This document shows positions 27,647 through 36,944 of a stretch of 64,000 nt of DNA, piece after piece (positions within the stretch are counted from its first letter, which is position 1; each line of letters starts with the position of its first letter). Origin of the DNA: Saccharicrinis sp. Lineage in GTDB: Bacteria; Bacteroidota; Bacteroidia; Bacteroidales; Marinilabiliaceae. Position numbers and translations under genes: made by a program. Where the stretch lies: assembly GCA_024635555.1 (NCBI GenBank), contig JAGXIO010000137.1, positions 5,986 to 69,985 of the forward strand, written 5' to 3'. The notes under the pieces are model-generated. The model was not told the origin of the DNA. It searched no databases and saw nothing but the letters and a program-made list of their open reading frames with translations.

Positions 27647-28969
27647 TCAGTCCATTACAAACTTAACTCCCACTGTAATAATATTTGAACTAAAAGTAGT
27701 ATTCCTGTCATATTGATAGAATTTTAAATCGATACTTTTTAGCCCAAATTTCCAAATATGTGTTTTTGTAAAGATATCTGTGTATGCAACGCCAAAACCA
27801 AACTGATTTGACGAGTATTCAGAAAGGTCGTAATCGGAGGTGTAGAACTTATCCGTCGATAAAGCACTCTCGTAGGGATTGAAATAATCGGCCGCAGTTT
27901 GGTTATAGAATCTATAAGAAGGGTATAGGGTAAACTTATCCGTAATTTTAATGGGCACTTCAATGCTGGCTGTATGCGAAGTAATCCCCCAGTCATCAAA
28001 ATAGTACCGATAAAAAGTTCTCAAAACAATAGTTTCATTTAAGTACCCGTTTAATCTACCCCCAATGGCAACTTTAAATCTACTATCGGGTAATTGCTCC
28101 ACGCCATCGGCAAGTTGAAAGTTGTCGATAAAAGAATCCTCCAAATCCTTAAAATATACCCTTTGAAAAGGCGTAGATAATAAACCTTGTTGTTTAACAA
28201 CGTCCAACAGTAAAGAGCCTTGTATGTTTTTATGCAAAATCTGAGAAAAACCAAAGCCCAAAGAGTATGAGTTACGGCCCTCACTGTTAAATTCACTAAA
28301 ATTAGGATTGTAATTGGTATTACCGGTAATGGTATTTCTTCTAAATAAGCTATTGTTTAATCCATTCCCTCCTTTGGCAAAGGGTCTTAATTCATAAGGA
28401 TAAATAGCCTTCCATGTATCGATATACACATTAAGATGAGCACTTATTTCGGTATTTTGTTCATGGAACAACTTCGTGTACGAGCCTCCAACTCCGGTCG
28501 AAACATAATCAAACTCTGTAGATACAGAAACTTTGGCCGACCATATATTATTGCGGTCGTCGGAACTATGACTATAGCCTCCTGTAAAATTTGTCCACAC
28601 ATCGCTACTTGAAGCACCAGAAGAGGCCTGAAAAGGGTCTGCTTGTCCATGGTCAAAAGGGTTTATATTACTTGATGAAGCAGATGTGTATGCCGATATT
28701 CCAGCATCGATGCTTAAAACATCATCATCGTTCAAAGGAATAGAAATTACAATTGTTCCTGTAATATCGTCTAACTTCTCGCTACCAATGCCACCGCTAA
28801 CAGCTGCATTGTCGCCATCCTGACCATAGTAGCTCGTTAGAAAATCGACTTCGGTGGTTTCGAGTACACGCTTTTTATAAATAGAAGCACTGTCCGGTAT
28901 TTGTTGTGCAAAACTTGCAAATGAAGCAAGTAAGAGGCTTGTTGAGAAAAAATATTTTAAAATACACAT
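27647..28969 (-). CDS. DUF3570-family predicted outer-membrane beta-barrel protein
   Basis: Signal peptide MCILKYFFSTSLLLASFASFAQQ, alternating beta-strand pattern, C-terminal VGVKFVMD. Start moved to the ATG at 28969; the track ORF runs into the upstream gene. Confidence 0.6.
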   Translation of the reverse strand: MCILKYFFSTSLLLASFASFAQQIPDSASIYKKRVLETTEVDFLTSYYGQDGDNAAVSGGIGSEKLDDITGTIVISIPLNDDDVLSIDAGISAYTSASSSNINPFDHGQADPFQASSGASSSDVWTNFTGGYSHSSDDRNNIWSAKVSVSTEFDYVSTGVGGSYTKLFHEQNTEISAHLNVYIDTWKAIYPYELRPFAKGGNGLNNSLFRRNTITGNTNYNPNFSEFNSEGRNSYSLGFGFSQILHKNIQGSLLLDVVKQQGLLSTPFQRVYFKDLEDSFIDNFQLADGVEQLPDSRFKVAIGGRLNGYLNETIVLRTFYRYYFDDWGITSHTASIEVPIKITDKFTLYPSYRFYNQTAADYFNPYESALSTDKFYTSDYDLSEYSSNQFGFGVAYTDIFTKTHIWKFGLKSIDLKFYQYDRNTTFSSNIITVGVKFVMD

Positions 28970-28989
28970 AAATTTCAGATAAGTAGATG

Positions 28990-29202
28990 TTAATTGCAGC
29001 CGCAGCCTCCTCCGGTTTTTCCTCCGTTCGCACCCACGGCAGCCTCTCGATACGAATGCATCGTGGATAGATTTCGGTCGCATTTCTTTTCGGAAAGTGC
29101 CATGTCGGGGTCGTTGATGTTTACTTTTTCATACTCTTTTACCACAGCGCAGCTGCTAAAAAAGTAAGCCAAGAGACACAATGTTACTATTTTTCTCATC
29201 AT
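28990..29202 (-). CDS. DUF4266-family small lipoprotein
   Basis: Lipobox FFSSC. The C-terminus GGKTGGGCGCN matches what I recall as the family signature. There is a 4-nt ATGA overlap with the apbE stop. Confidence 0.65.
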   Translation of the reverse strand: MMRKIVTLCLLAYFFSSCAVVKEYEKVNINDPDMALSEKKCDRNLSTMHSYREAAVGANGGKTGGGCGCN

Positions 29203-30179
29203 AACTTATCAATCTTTATATGGTCTGATTTGCTAATGTTGCCGTCATCATCTATAATTATACATTCTATTTTAGGCAATTGATTGATGCGGTGCAAGCC
29301 TGCCTCTTTACCCATTACAAATACAGAAGTGGCGAGTGCATCTGCAAGTTCCGCTTTTGGAGCAAATACTGTAACGCTAATAATACCAGTCGAGGGATAC
29401 CCTGTGCGCGGATCTATAATATGCGTATATCTTTTTCCATTAAAATTTACATACTTTTCGTAATTTCCGGAGGTTACCACTGCGCCGTTGCCTATGGGCA
29501 ACAAGGCAAATACCTTATTTTTATTTAGGGGATTGGTAATAGCAACTTTCCATTCGCTACCATTGGGTTGCTTGCCCCAAACGGCCATATCTCCCGAGGC
29601 ATTGATGATGCCGGATGCAACTCCTTTAGAGATAAGTAAATTCTTTGCCATATCTGCCGCATACCCTTTACCAATAGCACCAAAGCCAATTTTCATTCCC
29701 TCAATTCTCAGAAATACTGTATTGTTGAGTTTATCCAACACGATATTTTCATAGCCTACTTTGGTTACGGAATTAGAAATTTGTTCTTTGGATGGCATTT
29801 GGGTCATACTTCCGTCGAATTTCCAAATCCTGTCCATTGAAGCATAGCTGATATCAAAAGCGCCATCGGTCAATTTTGAAATTACTATGGCTCTCTCTAT
29901 CAGGTTAAAAAGTTCGACTTCAACTTTTGTTGGTTTTATTCCTGCATTTTCATTAATCTGTGAAGTTTGAGAGTTTGTATCCCACGAAGAAATTAATTTT
30001 TCTATACGAGTAATCTCTGCAATAGCAATATTAATATTTTTAATCGCTTCGAGTGAATCCTTGGCTACCACAGTAATATCAAAACGACTGCCCATTAGTT
30101 TGAGCGTGCGTTTGTAGGGCTGTTGGGCCCTACATGCCATCGGAAAAAACAGGATAATTATAATGAAGAATTGTTTCAT
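29199..30179 (-). CDS. apbE: FAD:protein FMN transferase (flavin transferase ApbE), secreted
   Basis: Signal peptide. MGSRFDITV...GFGAIGKGYAADM...HIIDPRTGYP motifs. Confidence 0.9.
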   Translation of the reverse strand: MKQFFIIIILFFPMACRAQQPYKRTLKLMGSRFDITVVAKDSLEAIKNINIAIAEITRIEKLISSWDTNSQTSQINENAGIKPTKVEVELFNLIERAIVISKLTDGAFDISYASMDRIWKFDGSMTQMPSKEQISNSVTKVGYENIVLDKLNNTVFLRIEGMKIGFGAIGKGYAADMAKNLLISKGVASGIINASGDMAVWGKQPNGSEWKVAITNPLNKNKVFALLPIGNGAVVTSGNYEKYVNFNGKRYTHIIDPRTGYPSTGIISVTVFAPKAELADALATSVFVMGKEAGLHRINQLPKIECIIIDDDGNISKSDHIKIDKL

Positions 30180-30271
30180 TTTTTAAAATTCGAAAAACCT
30201 TGATAAAGAGTATGATTTGTAATCGTGCTCCAATGGACTCTATTATTTGTTCCCTGCCTGCCGGTTTCAGC

Positions 30272-30712
30272 TTATTTAATAAATTTATTTAACTCTTCAA
30301 TATAGGCTTTTGGCGTGGTCTTTTTGTAACTTGTTTTTCCCAATACCTTTCCCTTATTATCTAAAACAACAACCAACGGGAACACACCATTGTTATTATA
30401 GGTTTCGGCTAATTCTGCATTTGCTTTGGTCTGAGATTCTGACAAAGCGTTTTTCTTTTTTCGTGGGAAATCGGCTTGTAACATTACATAATTGCTTTTT
30501 GCATATTCTTTAAATGTGTCTGTACTCCATATCTCCCGGTCTAATTTAATACAAGGTGCACACCAATCCGAGCCCTGAAATACCAACACTATCGGTCTGT
30601 TTTCGTGGCTTGCAATTTTTTTTGCCACTGTAAAATCTGTTTGCCAATCTTGTGCAATTGCCGCAGTTAAATTCAGGAGTGCAATGAGTAATACGATTAA
30701 TCTATTTTTCAT
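30272..30712 (-). CDS. Periplasmic thioredoxin-fold protein (WCAPC active site)
   Basis: Signal peptide plus FQGSDWCAPC. Co-directional with, and upstream of, apbE. Confidence 0.8.
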   Translation of the reverse strand: MKNRLIVLLIALLNLTAAIAQDWQTDFTVAKKIASHENRPIVLVFQGSDWCAPCIKLDREIWSTDTFKEYAKSNYVMLQADFPRKKKNALSESQTKANAELAETYNNNGVFPLVVVLDNKGKVLGKTSYKKTTPKAYIEELNKFIK

Positions 30713-30995
30713 GTCATTTTTATAGGAAACAACATTTCTATTTGTAAATAGTTCAGGTTAAATCATATCTACAAAAACGAAAAAATCCAGTCCGATTTGT
30801 CTATCCCAATAAAAACGCTAAAAACAAAAAATCAAAACCTTGATAAGTGAGCTAATTTTCTTATTTTTGCGAAGACAAAGATTTTTTTCATATTTATTTG
30901 TGTCACAAGCTATATAACGGGAAAAAATAACTAATTTTTCCCCCGTAAAACAGCAAGCTTTGGCTCAACTATCAATATCGTATAATAGACCATAA

Positions 30996-32519
30996 ATGAT
31001 TAGCTCAAAAAAAATTAAATCAGCACTTATTTCGGTTTTCCATAAAGAAGGATTAGACGAAATCATCAAGACATTAAACCAACTCGACGTTCAGTTATAT
31101 AGCACAGGGGGAACTCAAGCATTTATCGAAGATTTAGGTGTTAAAGTTACTGCAGTTGAAGATATTACCGGATACCCGTCCATTTTGGGAGGCCGCGTAA
31201 AAACGCTCCATCCCAAGGTATTTGGCGGTATTTTAGCACGCCGCGAAAATGAATCGGACAAGCAACAATTGCAAGAGTTTGCTATCCCTGAGTTCGATTT
31301 AGTAATCGTTGACTTATATCCCTTTGAAGCTACTGTTGCATCCGGCGCTCAGGAGCAAGATATTATTGAGAAAATAGATATTGGCGGTATCTCCCTGATA
31401 CGTGCAGCAGCTAAGAATTTTAAGGATGTAGTTATTGTTCCTTCACAGGCACAGTATGACGTTTTATACAAAATACTTACGGATAACAAAGGGGCTACCA
31501 CCCTTGCTGAAAGAAAAGCATTTGCCAAAGCAGCTTTTGCCGTTTCATCTCGCTATGATAGTGCTATTTTCAACTATTTCGACAATGATGAGGGTAATGC
31601 TTTACGCTTCAGTCAGGATAATATCAAAACTTTGCGCTACGGCGAAAATCCGCATCAGCAAGGTAAGTTTTACGGAAATTTGGATGAAGTTTTCGAGCAG
31701 ATACATGGCAAGGAGATTTCGTACAATAACCTGCTGGATATTGATGCAGCCATTAACCTGATTGGCGACTTTGACGAAACTACGTTTGCCATTTTAAAGC
31801 ACAATAACGCTTGCGGCTTGGCTTCGCGAGAAGATTTAACGGAAGCATGGAAAGACGCACTTGCTGCGGATCCAGTTTCGGCTTTTGGTGGTATCTTGAT
31901 TGCAAACAAGGAAATAGATTTGGCTACTGCCGAGGAAATCAATAAAATTTTTTTTGAAGTAATCATTGCCTCTTCTTACAGTAAAGATGCTTTAGAGATT
32001 TTGAAATCAAAGAAAAATCGGATTATCCTAGTTCTAAAAGGATGTGAAATGCCCAAGCTATTAAACCGTACTTTGTTAAATGGCATTTTATCGCAACAAA
32101 AGGATTTAAAAACCGAATCTTCCGACGATTTAAAAATAGTTACAACATTGCAGCCCAATACCGATGAGGTAGAAGATTTATTGTTTGCCAACAAACTTGT
32201 AAAACACACCAAATCCAACGCTATTGTGTTAGCCAAAAATAAACAATTGGTTGCCAGTGGCGTCGGACAAACATCACGTGTAGACGCATTAAACCAAGCT
32301 ATTGCCAAAGCCAAAACTTTCAATTTTAATTTAGAAGGCGCAGTAATGGCGAGCGACGCATTTTTCCCTTTCCCCGATTGTGTTGAAATTGCCCATATTC
32401 AGGGCGTTTCGGCAGTCATCCAGCCAGGTGGATCAATAAAAGATCAAGATTCGGTTGATTATTGTAACCAAAACGGGATGAAAATGGTATTAACAGGTAT
32501 TAGACATTTTAAACATTAA
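30996..32519 (+). CDS. purH: Bifunctional AICAR transformylase / IMP cyclohydrolase
   Basis: MGS-like N-terminus (ALISVFHKEGL), an AICARFT domain, and C-terminal TGIRHFKH. Confidence 0.95.
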   Translation: MISSKKIKSALISVFHKEGLDEIIKTLNQLDVQLYSTGGTQAFIEDLGVKVTAVEDITGYPSILGGRVKTLHPKVFGGILARRENESDKQQLQEFAIPEFDLVIVDLYPFEATVASGAQEQDIIEKIDIGGISLIRAAAKNFKDVVIVPSQAQYDVLYKILTDNKGATTLAERKAFAKAAFAVSSRYDSAIFNYFDNDEGNALRFSQDNIKTLRYGENPHQQGKFYGNLDEVFEQIHGKEISYNNLLDIDAAINLIGDFDETTFAILKHNNACGLASREDLTEAWKDALAADPVSAFGGILIANKEIDLATAEEINKIFFEVIIASSYSKDALEILKSKKNRIILVLKGCEMPKLLNRTLLNGILSQQKDLKTESSDDLKIVTTLQPNTDEVEDLLFANKLVKHTKSNAIVLAKNKQLVASGVGQTSRVDALNQAIAKAKTFNFNLEGAVMASDAFFPFPDCVEIAHIQGVSAVIQPGGSIKDQDSVDYCNQNGMKMVLTGIRHFKH

Positions 32520-32533
32520 AAATTATAAATCCC

Positions 32534-33556
32534 ATGGGATTATTTTCTTTTCTATCTCAGGAAATTGCCATCGACCTTGGAACAGCTAATACCATTATCA
32601 TACACAATGATAAAGTGGTGGTGGATGAGCCCTCAATTGTGGCTCTTGATCGGCGCACCGATAAGCTAATAGCTATTGGTGAAAGGGCACGTCAAATGCA
32701 TGGTAAAACCCATGATAATATTTATACAATACGCCCTTTACGCGATGGTGTAATTGCCGACTTTAATGCTGCCGAGCAGATGATAAGGGGTATGATTAAA
32801 ATGATTAATACCAAGCAACGCTGGTTTACTCCTTCGCTTACCATGGTTATTTGTATTCCTTCAGGAAGCACCGAGGTGGAGATACGTGCGGTACGTGACT
32901 CGGCCGAACATGCCGGGGGGCGAGAGGTTTATATGATTTATGAGCCAATGGCCGCAGCTTTGGGTATAGGTCTGGATGTAGAAGCCCCACAGGGAAGTAT
33001 GGTGGTAGATATAGGTGGTGGAACTACCGAAATTGCAGTTATATCTTTGGGCGGAATTGTGACCAATAAATCGATACGTATTGCCGGCGATGATTTAACT
33101 GCGGACATTGTAGAATATATGCGACGTCAGCACAATATTAAAGTGGGAGAACGTACTGCGGAGCAAATAAAAATACATGTAGGTTCGGCATTGCCCGAGT
33201 TGGAAAATCCACCAACTGATTATATTGTTCAAGGACCTAATCAAATGACGGCATTGCCCATTGAGGTGCCTGTTTCATATCAGGAGATTTCACACTGTCT
33301 GGAAAAATCTATCTCAAAAATAGAAACAGCTATTTTAAGTGCACTCGAACAAACCCCACCAGAGTTGTATGCCGACATAGTTAATGGCGGCATATATTTA
33401 GCCGGAGGAGGTGCATTACTTAGAGGGTTAGACAAGCGCTTGACCGACAAAATAAACATACCTTTCCATATAGCCGAAGCACCTTTACATGCCGTGGCAC
33501 GTGGAACAGGAATAGCCTTGAAGAATCGACATAAATTTTCTTTTCTGAAGAGATAA
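32534..33556 (+). CDS. mreB: Rod shape-determining protein MreB
   Basis: Actin-fold motifs IAIDLGTANT and VDIGGGTTE. Confidence 0.95.
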   Translation: MGLFSFLSQEIAIDLGTANTIIIHNDKVVVDEPSIVALDRRTDKLIAIGERARQMHGKTHDNIYTIRPLRDGVIADFNAAEQMIRGMIKMINTKQRWFTPSLTMVICIPSGSTEVEIRAVRDSAEHAGGREVYMIYEPMAAALGIGLDVEAPQGSMVVDIGGGTTEIAVISLGGIVTNKSIRIAGDDLTADIVEYMRRQHNIKVGERTAEQIKIHVGSALPELENPPTDYIVQGPNQMTALPIEVPVSYQEISHCLEKSISKIETAILSALEQTPPELYADIVNGGIYLAGGGALLRGLDKRLTDKINIPFHIAEAPLHAVARGTGIALKNRHKFSFLKR

Positions 33557-33585
33557 TAACGAATGCAGAAATTATGAAGTGTAAT

Positions 33586-33618
33586 AAAACCTGGTTTCTG
33601 ATAGCGTAACCGGGTTTT
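33586..33618 (+). terminator. Hairpin attenuator/terminator between mreB and mreC
   Basis: AAAACCTGGTT / AACCGGGTTTT arms (one G-U pair) followed by ATATTTTT. Confidence 0.55.
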
Positions 33619-33744
33619 ATATTTTTAATTCATCCTCGGCCTAATAAATACCGATACTTGAAAAAAAGAGACTTTCTTCCCTAAAAACTGAAGTAGAAAC
33701 AACAACGGCTTATTCTCGTAAAAATAGGATAACACAACAATGGA

Positions 33745-34572
33745 ATGAGAAATTTTTTAAGGTTTATAATACAACACCACTTTACGTTCCTGTTTATTAT
33801 ATTGGAGTTGATTGCCTTTATTTTAGTCGTTAGCTACAATCAGGATCAGCGTAACATTTATTTGAGTTCCTCTTCAAAATTAGCTGGGGGACTGTTTCAG
33901 TCATTCAGCAATGTTGAGCAATATTTTTCTTTAAAGGAAGTAAACAGAGAACTATCCAACGATAATGCTTTTTTACGCAGCCAAATACCCACTACTTTCA
34001 AAAATTCCAAAGATTATTTTTTGTTGACAGGCGATAGTGCAAATCCTCATCAATATAAGTATCGTTCGTGTAAGGTTATTAGCAACACGGTAGGTAAACA
34101 TTTTAACTACATTACCTTAAATAAGGGAGCACTGGATGGTATCAAGCCGGATATGGGGGTTTTGTCGGGACGCGGAGTGGTTGGTATTGTTATTAATTGC
34201 AGCGATAATTTTTGCACAGTGTTGTCTATTCTGAATCCTCGCTTAAAGATATCGGCTAAGCTTAAAGAGTCCGATTTTTTTGGTTCTGTTAGCTGGGACA
34301 CTGAATCTACTTTATATGCTATTTTAGATGAGATACCTGAGCATGCCAATGTAAACATAGGCGACCAAGTAATTACGAGCGGATTTTCGGCTACTTTTCC
34401 GGAGGGTATTTTGATAGGTACTGTGGAAGAGGTTGCGCATCCCGAGGGAGATAGTTTTTATAAAATTAAAGTAAAACTGAGTGTTGATTTCTCCAGATTA
34501 AGTTATGTGGAGGTTGTGGAAAATATTTATCAGGAACAGCAAAAACAAATAGAGGAGGATACAAAGCAATGA
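33745..34572 (+). CDS. mreC: Rod shape-determining protein MreC
   Basis: N-terminal TM helix, coiled segment and beta-rich C-terminal domain. Position between mreB and mreD. Confidence 0.8.
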   Translation: MRNFLRFIIQHHFTFLFIILELIAFILVVSYNQDQRNIYLSSSSKLAGGLFQSFSNVEQYFSLKEVNRELSNDNAFLRSQIPTTFKNSKDYFLLTGDSANPHQYKYRSCKVISNTVGKHFNYITLNKGALDGIKPDMGVLSGRGVVGIVINCSDNFCTVLSILNPRLKISAKLKESDFFGSVSWDTESTLYAILDEIPEHANVNIGDQVITSGFSATFPEGILIGTVEEVAHPEGDSFYKIKVKLSVDFSRLSYVEVVENIYQEQQKQIEEDTKQ

Positions 34573-35087
34573 TTAGTGTAATTCCAAGATACTTATTCAA
34601 TTTTGTGTTCTTCGTGCTGCTGCAAGTACTTATTCTGAACAAAATTGAATTCTCGGGCTATTTGAACCCGTATTTGTATGTTTTATTTATGCTTACCTTG
34701 CCTTTTGAAACACCGGGATGGTTACTGCTTTTATTGGCAGCGGTATTAGGTTTAAGTGTAGATATGTTTTTGAACACCATGGGAATGCACATGGCCGCCA
34801 GTATTTTATTGGCCTTTATTCGTCCATTTGTATTGGCGCGTATAGCACCTCGCGACAATTACGAAACGGGAACGCTGCCGCTGCCCTCCTATTACGGATT
34901 TCCGTGGTTTTTAAAATATGCCGCCATACTGGTTTTTATACACCATTTTTTTTATTTTTTCATTGAATCGTTTTCGATAATTAATTTTATGGGTATACTC
35001 TTAAAAACAATAGGTAGTACTGTTTTTACAATGGTTGTAATGATGGTTACGTTGTTGTTTACTTATCAAAAGAAACGAAGGATTTAA
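34569..35087 (+). CDS. mreD: Rod shape-determining protein MreD
   Basis: Polytopic 172-aa membrane protein. 4-nt overlap with mreC. Confidence 0.7.
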   Translation: MISVIPRYLFNFVFFVLLQVLILNKIEFSGYLNPYLYVLFMLTLPFETPGWLLLLLAAVLGLSVDMFLNTMGMHMAASILLAFIRPFVLARIAPRDNYETGTLPLPSYYGFPWFLKYAAILVFIHHFFYFFIESFSIINFMGILLKTIGSTVFTMVVMMVTLLFTYQKKRRI

Positions 35088-35099
35088 AGGAGTTGTGAA

Positions 35100-36944
35100 G
35101 TGGAAAATATCAATAGAAGAACCCTTGTTATTGGCCTTATCGTTTTAACGATTGGGATAATCTTTATTATAAAGCTTTTTATCCTTCAGGTTTACGATCC
35201 ATCGTATAAATTTTCGGCAGTGAGCAATACGCGCCGCGAAATTATCAGTTTCCCGGCGCGCGGATTGGTTTACGATAGAAATGGAAAACTCATCGTATCG
35301 AACCAAGCTGATTACGATTTAATGGTGGTGCCACGGGAGCTAAAACCCATGGATTCGGTAACATTTTGCAATTCCTTGGAAATTTCTATCGAGGAATTGC
35401 GCAACCTGTTTGATGACATGAATGGGCGTCTACACAATAAAAAAATATCCCGAATTAAACCCTCCATATTTTACAAACAGCTATCCGTAAAGCAGTATGG
35501 TTATCTGCAGGAAAAATTATATAAGTTTGATGGTTTTTTTGTACAGCGTCGTACTTTACGTAAATACGAGTATCCCTATGCGGCTCATATATTGGGCTAT
35601 ATTGGGGAGGTTGGACCACAGGATATAGAGCGCGACGACTATTATATCAGAGGTGATTATAACGGAATCAATGGGGTGGAATCGACCTATGAAGAATTTT
35701 TGCGAGGTGAAAAGGGTTTTAAGTATGTATTGGTAGATGTTCATGGACGTCAGAAAGGATCTTTCAAAGATGGAGAATACGACATCCCGGCTGTTGCTGG
35801 TAAAGATATAAAGCTGACCATTGACATTGAATTGCAAAAATATGGTGAGGAGCTGATGCAAAATAAAATTGGTTCCATCGTGGCTATAGATCCCCAAACC
35901 GGGGAGATACTGACCATGATTTCGAGCCCTACTTACGATCCTTCGCTTATGGTGGGTAAAAAAAGAGCAGGCAATTTTTCTGATTTAAGTACAGATTCTT
36001 TAAAACCATTATTCAATCGCCCTATTATGGCGTGGTACCCACCCGGCTCTACCTTTAAAACTATCAATGCGCTTATTGGCCTGCAAGAAGGTGTAATCAC
36101 GCCTGATAGTAGATTCGAATGCCACATGGGTTATTCTGTGGGCAGGTTTCACTTGGGCTGCCATAACCATCCCAGCCCGCTTGATTTGCGTCATTCCATT
36201 TCTAACTCTTGCAATGCCTATTACTGTCACGTATTTCGTAATATTATTGATAATAAAAAATACGCTTCGGTACAGGAGGGTTTTGACGCGTGGAAAGGCT
36301 ACCTCGTTAAGTTTGGTTTCGGACATAGACTGGGTACTGATTTTTCCAATGAGATACGGGGTTTTGTGCCTAACAGTGCTACCTATGATAAGATTTATAA
36401 CAAAAGCTGGTCGTCGCTGACTGTGGTGTCATTAGCCATAGGGCAGGGAGAACTTTTGACTACGCCGGTTCAGATGGCCAATATGGCTGCAACCCTTGCT
36501 AATAAGGGATTTTTTTACACTCCACATATTATTAAAGAAATAGAAAACGACACCATCCCATCGCGTTTTAAAGAGATTCATCAAACAGGAATTGATACCG
36601 CACACTATAGGCCGGTGCGCGACGGTATGGAAATGGCCATATGGGGTGGTCCAGGAAGTACAGCAGGCGCTGCTCGTGTACCCGGCATCACCATTTGTGG
36701 CAAAACCGGCACGGCACAAAATCCCCATGGCGAAGACCATTCTGTATTTATCGCTTTTGCACCCAAAGACAATCCTAAGATAGCCATTGCCGTATATGTC
36801 GAAAATGGTGGTTTTGGAGCTAGGTGGGCCGCACCCATATCGAGTTTGATGGTGGAAAAGTATTTAAAGGGGGAGATCGACCCATCCCGAAGCTGGCTCG
36901 AAACAAGAATGATGGAAGGAGACTTGATTTATGGTACAAAATAA
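35100..36944 (+). CDS. mrdA: Penicillin-binding protein 2 (elongasome transpeptidase)
   Basis: STFK (PPGSTFKT), SxN (SNSCN) and KTGT (GKTGTAQ) motifs. GTG start. Confidence 0.9.
   Translation: MENINRRTLVIGLIVLTIGIIFIIKLFILQVYDPSYKFSAVSNTRREIISFPARGLVYDRNGKLIVSNQADYDLMVVPRELKPMDSVTFCNSLEISIEELRNLFDDMNGRLHNKKISRIKPSIFYKQLSVKQYGYLQEKLYKFDGFFVQRRTLRKYEYPYAAHILGYIGEVGPQDIERDDYYIRGDYNGINGVESTYEEFLRGEKGFKYVLVDVHGRQKGSFKDGEYDIPAVAGKDIKLTIDIELQKYGEELMQNKIGSIVAIDPQTGEILTMISSPTYDPSLMVGKKRAGNFSDLSTDSLKPLFNRPIMAWYPPGSTFKTINALIGLQEGVITPDSRFECHMGYSVGRFHLGCHNHPSPLDLRHSISNSCNAYYCHVFRNIIDNKKYASVQEGFDAWKGYLVKFGFGHRLGTDFSNEIRGFVPNSATYDKIYNKSWSSLTVVSLAIGQGELLTTPVQMANMAATLANKGFFYTPHIIKEIENDTIPSRFKEIHQTGIDTAHYRPVRDGMEMAIWGGPGSTAGAARVPGITICGKTGTAQNPHGEDHSVFIAFAPKDNPKIAIAVYVENGGFGARWAAPISSLMVEKYLKGEIDPSRSWLETRMMEGDLIYGTK

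Noticed and set aside
28970-29083. Upstream extension of the DUF3570 ORF (MRPKSIHDAF...RRKNRRR)
   Set aside because: It overlaps the 3' end of the DUF4266 gene out of frame. A canonical signal peptide begins at the internal ATG at 28969.
30713-30995. ZTP (pfl) or other purine riboswitch in the purH leader
   Set aside because: The leader is A/T-rich and lacks the GC-rich conserved ZTP cores as I recall them. The only feature is an imperfect A/T hairpin (ACGGGAAAAA...TTTTTCCCCCGT).
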